NCBI RefSeq assembly: GCF_964204865.1
Contig: NC_135252.1
Span: forward strand, 5,704,001 to 5,768,000
Reading direction: 5' to 3'
Origin: Styela clava
Lineage: Eukaryota
Length of the DNA: 64,000 nucleotides
Shown here in pieces: positions 55,891 to 64,000 of the stretch. A program made the translations under genes and the position numbers. Each line of letters begins with the position of its first letter. The first letter of the stretch is position 1. The notes under the pieces were generated by a model. The model ran no database searches. It saw only the letters and a list, made by a program, of their open reading frames with translations, and was not told where the DNA came from.

Positions 55891-56135
55891 TACTGTATTT
55901 CCCGGCGAATAAGTCGCTTTTCTAGACCCAAATTTTTTGCCTGATTTTGGGCGAATCTTATGAGGCGAGTATGATCATTTTCATTTTTTTGGTGTCCCTT
56001 ATTATTAAATCCGGACAATAGAATACCTTCGGCGATAGGCGATAGCATCTCCTTCTCATCAGGTTAGTTTAAATATATCGACATTCTCGAGCATCTCCCT
56101 CTCATCAGGTTAGTTTAAATAAATCGACATTCTCG
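55891..56135. mobile_element. Left end of a Tc2/pogo-like element with a 46-bp tandem duplication
   Basis: TA-CTGTATTTCCCGGCGAATAAGTCGC terminus; GCATCTCC.TCTCATCAGGTTAGTTTAAATA.ATCGACATTCTCG twice at 56045-56135. Confidence 0.5.
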
Positions 56136-58049
56136 CGCGGTGAATCTGGAATTTCAATGCTGTGATTATCATATTTGAAGTTGCCGCATTTGTGTGTCTA
56201 TTAGTTGGTGATCATGAGTTTCTCACGAATTGGGCCAATTTGGTGTAGTTTTGTAGTTACATAATAACTAATTGGCTACAATAATACCGTAATTACGATA
56301 ATGTAAGGTATATTTAATTCATTATTTTGACATAAATTTACTCGGTGGAATATTATCGCCGACTTAAGGTTTTTTCCCACCGTAAAACCCTCAAAAACAA
56401 CATACAATCCCAATTAAATCAATGAAGCAACACATTTCGTTTTGTTGAGATTTCGAGATGATGAATGTAGGCTATGTCTCATATAAACACTTTATATGTA
56501 AGGATAAGGATAAGGTAAAATGTACGTATTTATTCCGGGGGAGAGGAAAGCCGATAAGACGGCTCAACCATATGGCGAACTACGGCCTCTGGTGGAAACA
56601 TTATCCCGTCTTTATCCCAGGATGTTGTTATGGAAATTATCCGAGTAAGGTAAAAAGCATGTAATAAATTGTAAGGTAAATGAATGCTGCATTAGCCAAA
56701 CGTCCATATTTCGGATCGAAAACTGTCGACATGTCGAATTTCTACATTTCCGCATTTGGTATTAATTTTCGACACTTCTGCAACTTTAGGATTAGGGTTA
56801 TTCAATTCATTTATTACTCCAGACTGCAGCGCTCCATATAAAAATAACACAAACAAATGAATATGAGCAAAAACAAAAATAACGCAATAAATACAAAAAA
56901 TGCCTGATACGACAATCAGATTCACAGTAGATCTCAAAAAAGAGTTAATACAGTAATCTAAGAGGCCTAAAGTGGAGTGTAGAATCCAAGATAGCCCGCC
57001 ACAAAAAGTATCTGGGAATCAAATAATGATTGTAATAGGATGTTATTGGAGTTCCTGCATCTCGCCATGAACAACCACAGATTTTTTCTATGGAGTGCTT
57101 CGAAAGAGGGAATGTGCCCAGATACCATTTTGTGACGGACACTCTGTGAGTGTCACAGTGAATTACGCGATAAGCATTATTAGTTTTAACTTTTTTTTTA
57201 TATATAATTATTGAAAATCAATAAATTATTATGCAAATTAGTTAACTTGTCGCACTCTCGATATTTCAGTTGGATATTTGACAATTTCGGTAGCATTGTC
57301 GAAAACTGACATATTTTCGAATGTTTTACAACTCCACATTTTATACAAATGCTCCCGATGTCCGGTTTGCTAACGCTCGTGATACGCGTCTGCTGCAGGT
57401 GTAAACTCCATTTTATTCGGTTCAAGTCCTATAATAACAATCTATGTACAATGAGGTCTCGATAAACGATATTTCGCCATGGTGTCCTTTCTGTTATACA
57501 CAAACTGAAACATAATGCAGTGTGTTTGAAACAAACGGCACTTCACCAGCCAACAATCAAAACTCCCAGGCCTAGATGTATCAATTTCTGCAACCCAAAC
57601 ACGAACTACAACGAATGGTATACCAAAAGTTTTTATTTAGGGCATATATATATATATATAGATATATGTATAATTGTAACAGTCATGCATCGGTGCTCAT
57701 CAACCTATAAAGAGGACATTATGATAATAAAGCACACTCTATTACATACACTCCCACATACAAGAATTACAAATGAAATATTACCATTACTTAGTTCGAC
57801 ATATCATGCTAAAGGTTGTTGAGTGATACTATGATAACCAGCTTTTACACTGCTTTAAATTTGAAACGAACAAAATGATTGTCTTGTTTCAACTCTGAAA
57901 AACGACAAACAAGATCGAAATTGAGGGCTCCCACGATGATGAAGAGAGTTACTGCACATGCATAGCTAATGATACGAATCTGTCTGCATCAAGGACATTA
58001 TAATAAGGCTATGCCTACGCTAATTCAAAATGAGAATAAAAAACATAAT

Positions 58050-61000
58050 CTATATAGAGACTAGAAAAATGGATGAATTATACAATGATCGTCCAATAAC
58101 ACCTGGAAAAGCAAACAAACCCCAATATGACTTGACAATGAAATTTTTACTCCAAATGATCTTTCAACAGGAACTGTCTTATAAAATATCAAAAACGAAA
58201 GACAGTGACTGTAATTGAAGCACATTATGACATGAAACTTGATAATCTTTATAAATGAACATATTCTAGAATAAAAAAAATAGTAGTCATAGTTGATATA
58301 TACATGGGGTTACATGTGCATAAATAATGTTTTTTTCAATATTTAATATTATGAAAAATATGAATCATATACTAGAATAAGCAATGTTTTAAAAAATCAA
58401 AGACATTTTTGTGTCTTGTGAATGATAATGTCATAATTTTTGGTGCACAGTACACACAATATTTTGCTATGTTAATACATCAGTAAAATTGTTTGTCATT
58501 TTATTAATGTATATCAGTGATTTATTGAATAACTCGAGCAAATCTGTATTACCGCATTGTGATAATGTAACAAACATATTTTCAATTTAACAGTAAAATA
58601 ATACAAATTTACAAAGGCCAATAAAAATTGGTATCATAATAAAAGGAGACCTACTAAGTCACCGAGACTTATAAGAGATATTTTTTTTTTGAAAATTGTC
58701 AGCGATGTGTCACATCGTTGAGACTGAGTGATCGCTGGATGAATACTTTTGTAATTGAATTCTATTTGTAAATTGATAGGAGTAAAACGATGACTCTTTT
58801 TCACTTAAAACAGTTCACCTGTTCGTCAAATCAGTTGTCACAATGCGAACTGACAATAGCTTGAAATATTCAAGTATGTTGTTGATCCTATTTATTCTTC
58901 TGGCATCATGAAGTTTTATTAATGGTTTCTAGCATTTCTGTCGTATAATTCTCATCAAGATCCAATTCTTCTGTCAACATATTATCTTCGCGAACAATCT
59001 TCTCATATTCTTTTTCATCTTCTGATTCATGAATACTTCGATCAATAGTAAATGGCAGGAGGCTTCTCTTTTTAGGGTCAACTAATCTTCCTCCCTCTCT
59101 TCTACAAATGATCTTTCTAATTGAAAAAACCGGATAATGACTTTTCTCATGAACCATCTCCAGGGCAACTTTTATCCTGTAAATGAGGCAAATTTGTTCT
59201 TAATAATAAAAATTTCTGCTTTCACATTACATTAAAACCTTCCAAGTTTCTTCCAGTAACATGACATTCGCTTATGCAGTGTCGCAACTGTTTAACTATA
59301 AGCTAAATACCCCAGTGGTTTTTAACAGGAGATCCATCCAATTTTTTTATATGTAAATATGCATATTGCTGAAACCATGACACATGTCCCCTTATTTATA
59401 TATACATACTCAACTGAGTTTTGAAGAAGAATAGTTCGTACAAAAAAAGGGTTAGTTAAATATTTATTAATATACTTTCACTTCCATTTTTAGGTATGAT
59501 ATTGGATGAAATATGAGTTATCATCCTTACCCGCATTTCGGATTATTGCAGTTAAAATCTGCTGTTCCATATACACTGGGTCCCTTTTTCTGCTCCTTCA
59601 GTACTTTGGTGACTTTAGATTCAAATCCAGGATCTTTCACAACAACGTGCTGCAAAAGAAATAATTTAGTTTAGTACAATTTTCACTATGTTGTCTTTCC
59701 AACAACATTATCTTGTGATTGAAATTTGTATAGAATATCCCCTAAATGGGTACAACAATCAAGAGGTCTACCGTTTCGTCAATGTGACGAAGTTTATCTC
59801 CAGTTGTTAGGAAATTTTTACATTTTCCGCATAGAATTTCCCATTTTGATGGTGGGTCATTCTTGTTTGCTTTCAATCCAAACTCTTTTTTACGCTTTCT
59901 TTCTTCTCTTTGCTTGATTTGAATGTTTTTAATCTGAAGAAAAATAACGAAAAAAGAATGAGCATGAATATGAATATTTGTATTATAGGGAAAAATAGTC
60001 ACATTATTTTTTGTTAACTTACAAGTTTTGTGTAATTGATACTAAAAATAGTAAAGTGTCATTCAAAGAATGGAAGATGCACCAGCACTGCATTCAATAA
60101 AATAACATGATCATTTTGTATAGCATAACCTTCATGCATAACATTAAAGGATATATTGTAAAAATACGAAACTTAACACTTGCCACCATTACAATACAAT
60201 GCAATTATTATAGATTTTGACATCTTAAGGTTTTTCCCATAATCCGAGGTTTGCTTGTAATTATGCAGGTATAGAAAATTCGTACAAAAATCATTTAAAT
60301 GAATTATACAATAATTGTCCCTGATATAAAATAACACCAGGAAAAGAAAACCCCACTATGATTTGACAAAGAAATTTTTACTCGAAATTATCATTGAGCA
60401 GGAATTTTCGCATTAATTCAATAATACAAAAGATCAAAAGCTGAAGACAGTGACTGTAATTGAAGCACAGTCAGAGTGGCTGTTATGTAGTGCCATTTAT
60501 TACATTTCTTCATGACATTTCGAACAAATCAAGATATCATACCTTTTGTTGCAATTCAGCAACTGGGATTTTTCTCACATCAGCAATAGCCTGATCAGAA
60601 GCCATGGCACAAATTTTATTGTTTTGCTCCATATATACATGCTTGCTGTCCATGCATGTGAGCAATATTGCTCGGCCATCAGCAGCCCTTATTCTTCCTG
60701 GATGAAGAAAGTGACAATATTTACAAAAAAACATGTCTTAACAAAATGATTATACAGAAACCCAAAATAGAGGTTCAGGAATGGTGAATCTTTTGTAATG
60801 AATGGGTCAAAAAATACACTTTCATTATCGAATAGTGGACGGTGGACGTACATAAATATCAATGTCTGCAGCAATTAGATACTTGCTATAGCATCTTCTC
60901 TGAAAATCTTATAATTCTTGGTTGTATTTTGTAGTTGAGCTGCAGCACTTACATCGATTTCTGGTACTCAATTTTATGAAATTTACGCACAACAAAACAG

Positions 61001-61481
61001 ATACACATGCATACGTTTATACGGAAAATATATTCATGTGTTTCAGTTCCACTGCAAAATTTTTATATTATTCGATCGGCTTCTAACCACATTGAAGTTA
61101 CTGCTGCCCTGCTTCATTGTTATTTCAGATTTCTTTAGTCGTTAATTTAAGTTTATGAAATTTGGGGATCATAGCTACTCAAATAACCCGCAATAGTAAT
61201 GACTCATGAAATGAATTGCTTGAGAAGCTGCGATGACTAACATCCGCTGTGTGCAAGCAGAGTAATTTTACCATTTTTTTTTTTTATAATATTATGAGAA
61301 TTGACTGAAGAAATAGGTAAGAATTCAAAACAAGGCACGAAAGAGTGCCTGATACAAAATTACAATAAAAAACCATAACCTGTATAGAGACTAGAAAAAT
61401 GCATGGATTATACAATAATCGTCCAATAACACCAGGAAAAGCAAACCCCACTAATCCACTATGACTTGACAAAGAAATTTT
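58050..61481 (+). repeat. Locus-specific ~100-180 bp repeat, three dispersed copies (~58052-58224, ~60301-60469, ~61383-61481)
   Basis: Shared ATTATACAAT.AT.GTCC...ATAACACC.GGAAAAG..AA...ATGA.TTGACAA.GAAATTTT; two copies also share AAGACAGTGACTGTAATTGAAGCACA. Confidence 0.8.
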
Positions 61482-64000
61482 GGCGCTCCCGAAGTATGTG
61501 ACTGATGTGCACGAATGTATAACATTTTTGAAGGAGTACCGGTATCAACTTTTGGCAAAAATACTAAAGCAAGTGAAGAGGATAGTTATAGATGGCGTTG
61601 TAAAAAGCCTCACCAAAGTGACACATAGTTTTAATAGATGAAATGCAGGTAGCACAATAAAAATAATGCTCAAGGACACCCTAGCCTAGAGAGTCACAAT
61701 GGCTATTTGAAGGTACAGACCAATCCACAAGAGAAGTTTTATTAAAATAGTATCGGAACCGGGACATACAGCAACTATCACGAAAGAATTAATAACGAGA
61801 TTAACACATTCTGAGAGGAACTACAATTTGGTCAGATGCATTTGCCTTCGTTAAAAACATAGAGAGGCTGGACGGAAGCTATAGTCACAGGGCAGTAAAC
61901 CACAGTCCCATGTACCTCACCGAAGTCGGGGTCCATACCAACAATATTGAAATCATAAGGCCGAACAGTAGAAGTAAATGGAAGCGGATGAACAGTTTGG
62001 CTCGTCACTTACTTTCATTATATTCAGAATCAAATAGTAACAGTTGTTCACACAGATGGAGTAATGAATAAAAGATGAAAAAAATGGCTATGAATGCAGA
62101 ATATTTGGCTCATGTTTTACTGGTGTTTCCCAATTAGGAAGTATGTGACAACTGACAACGACGTCACTACTTGACCTCATGGTTATGGATGTAATGTCTA
62201 ATTTTGAGAACGCTACAAGTACACAAGGCATTGGTGCAAAAAACTACCAATGGGGGTAAATTAGAAAGTAATGGGATTGCAAATGCTGGAACTTGAACCG
62301 ATAAGATTAAACAAGCTAGTATGACAACTAGAACCGATTTATGCAAGATCGACGATAACAGTAACACTGCTCTAGAGTAAGAGGATAATATGGTGGCAGA
62401 AAAGCCGGAATATTCTCAGAAGGTTAGATAGTATGATGAAACAGAGAACGATCGTCGTGTTGGAATGATAGAAATTTTTGATAAACAATCTCAAGAGGTA
62501 TTGGATCATAAACTTCAAGTTTATACCACAAAACTACAACTAAACTACAAGGAAAACCATAATGAAGAGATGGTGCTCAATATCATGGAATATCCAAAGA
62601 TGCATTATTTTCAGACCGTTGATAGACTAGGTCGGCCTTGTGTGAAGCATTGTGAATATGCTCGCCATTGTGTCTCTGATGACCCTGCGTGGGTTCACAG
62701 AATTAAATCCCACGTGGGGATAATTGTGAGTGAGAAGATTGCTGGACTGGACTGGAACTTGATAATGCTTGAGAAAAAAACTCAGTCAGAGCACCATATT
62801 GCATCATTGGAATTAATTGTTTAACTCATAATGACAAAGAAATTGAAAATGATCACTTTGTAAACCGCTGGTCAGTGGTTCGTTATCTCTGGCCCAGTCT
62901 ATTTTGGACAGTAAACAGCATGTTGTGTTGCAAAGTTGGTTGGATTGGCTCCAGGCTGGCACAAGTACGTGTCTTGCCCACAATGCTGTTTACTGTTAAA
63001 CCCCTGTGTAGATAGATATGGACACAAAGTGATTATAAATCGTTTTCCATGCTGTTGTTGCTGGAACAAAGCAAACACTTCTTTTGAACAACTAGACCAA
63101 ATGCTTGCAGTTGGAAGGAAGTGTTTTCTAGAAGACTCGAGACCTTTCATTTCCCATATTCTCTGTGGGTGGCCTCAAGCCTGTCGTTTTGTCCAAAATT
63201 TTAATATTTCTTAAAAATTGTTCAAGCATATGGATTTCAATTAATTTTATCAAACTTGTGGTCTGCATTGCTGTATTGGGTTATGGTATTCACTGAATGT
63301 GGAAAACGCATCCATACTATACCAAAGATGCTATTATGGCCAATGCTTGAATTCGAGTCTCAAAGAAATTTTTAATTAGTTGAAAAAATAAGCAGTTTCA
63401 TCCAAAAAAAATATTATGCATCTTTATATCTTGGTTATTATGAGATGATATGGCTCAACATATGATAAAATCGAAAATCAAAATATTTCGAATAAATTAG
63501 AACGCAATGATTTTCACAGCAATGAGTGCGCCATATATTACTGCTTTTTACAATATGTATTAAAACGTTATGCAGTACCTACCCATTCTTTGTACTGTGC
63601 CAACCTCACCAGTCACATAATTATACATAACAACCAAATTACATTTTGGAATGTTGAGACCTTCTTCTGCTACTGATGTTGCTATAATAACTTTAACCTT
63701 CCCTTCATGAAACAACCCCACAATCTGTTGTTGGGCAACTTTAGTCATAGCTGCAATGCAAATAAAATGTTGCAAGTTGCTGAAACATGACAAGAACTGT
63801 ACTTGCCCATTCTTTAAAATACATTAACTAATATTTGCATTAGTCAAAAATATTTACCATCAGGTTCTATTGCATCACTATCATGAGCACCAATCATAAA
63901 TTTTGCATTGAGAAAAGCCAGCTTATCATCATTAGCAAAACATTCTTCCAGACTCCTGGCAGTCAATTTTCTTTTAACAAATATGATGCACCGTGCATCT
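58906..64000 (-). CDS. RIG-I-like receptor helicase (MDA5/LGP2/RIG-I family), 3' part: Hel2, pincer and zinc-binding CTD
   Basis: Exons 63858->64000, 63583-63750, 60543-60697, 59772-59933, 59531-59649, 58906-59176. Motif IV IIFVKRK, motif V IATSVAEEGLNIPKCNLVVMYNYV, motif VI QRMGRIRA, CTD LCGKC...LRHIDETHVVVKDPGF...CNNPKCG...YPVFSI. Confidence 0.9.
61581..62110 (+). mobile_element. Decayed Merlin (IS1016/IS1595-like DDE) transposase
   Basis: DSYRWRCK, then in one frame with several stops: HIVLIDE...QWLFEGTDQSTRE...RD...HILRGTTIWSDAF...YSHRAVNHS...GVHTNNIE. This matches Merlin motifs (IDE, WVFGG, ILPGTTIWSD, HxTVNHS, HTNxIE). Confidence 0.85.

Noticed and set aside
57930-58010. ATGATGA C-box-like motif (snoRNA?)
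   Set aside because: No matching D box or terminal stem.
61470-63373. Possible full-length Merlin bounded by CAAAGAAATTTT at both ends
   Set aside because: No right-hand TIR next to the 63361 match; an AT-rich coincidence cannot be excluded.

Overview
Eukaryotic, AT-rich, intron-containing animal DNA. Compact genes, short GT-AG introns and a dense MITE/SINE landscape suggest an invertebrate chordate such as an ascidian (inference only). All gene models were spliced by hand and all lie on the minus strand: a partial gene with an INO80D/KANSL2-like C-C-C-H zinc motif, an uncertain exon cluster near 11.7-12.7 kb, two orphan genes (~259 and ~847 aa), an SH3-PX-BAR sorting nexin (SNX9/18/33 family), two tandem NAAA/acid-ceramidase-family amidases, ATG13, and the 3' half of a RIG-I/MDA5-like helicase. 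The non-coding highlights are (i) a 91-bp-arm palindrome in one NAAA intron carrying a Penelope-type minimal hammerhead ribozyme motif on each strand, (ii) a Merlin (IS1595-like) transposase relic in the helicase intron plus several GG-terminated MITEs with 8-9 bp target-site duplications (TSDs), including a tandem dimer with three TSD copies, and (iii) a ~430-bp inverted duplication upstream of ATG13. I saw no CRISPR array, rRNA or bona fide tRNA gene. I found no wholly new system that I can prove; the best candidates are listed as findings.
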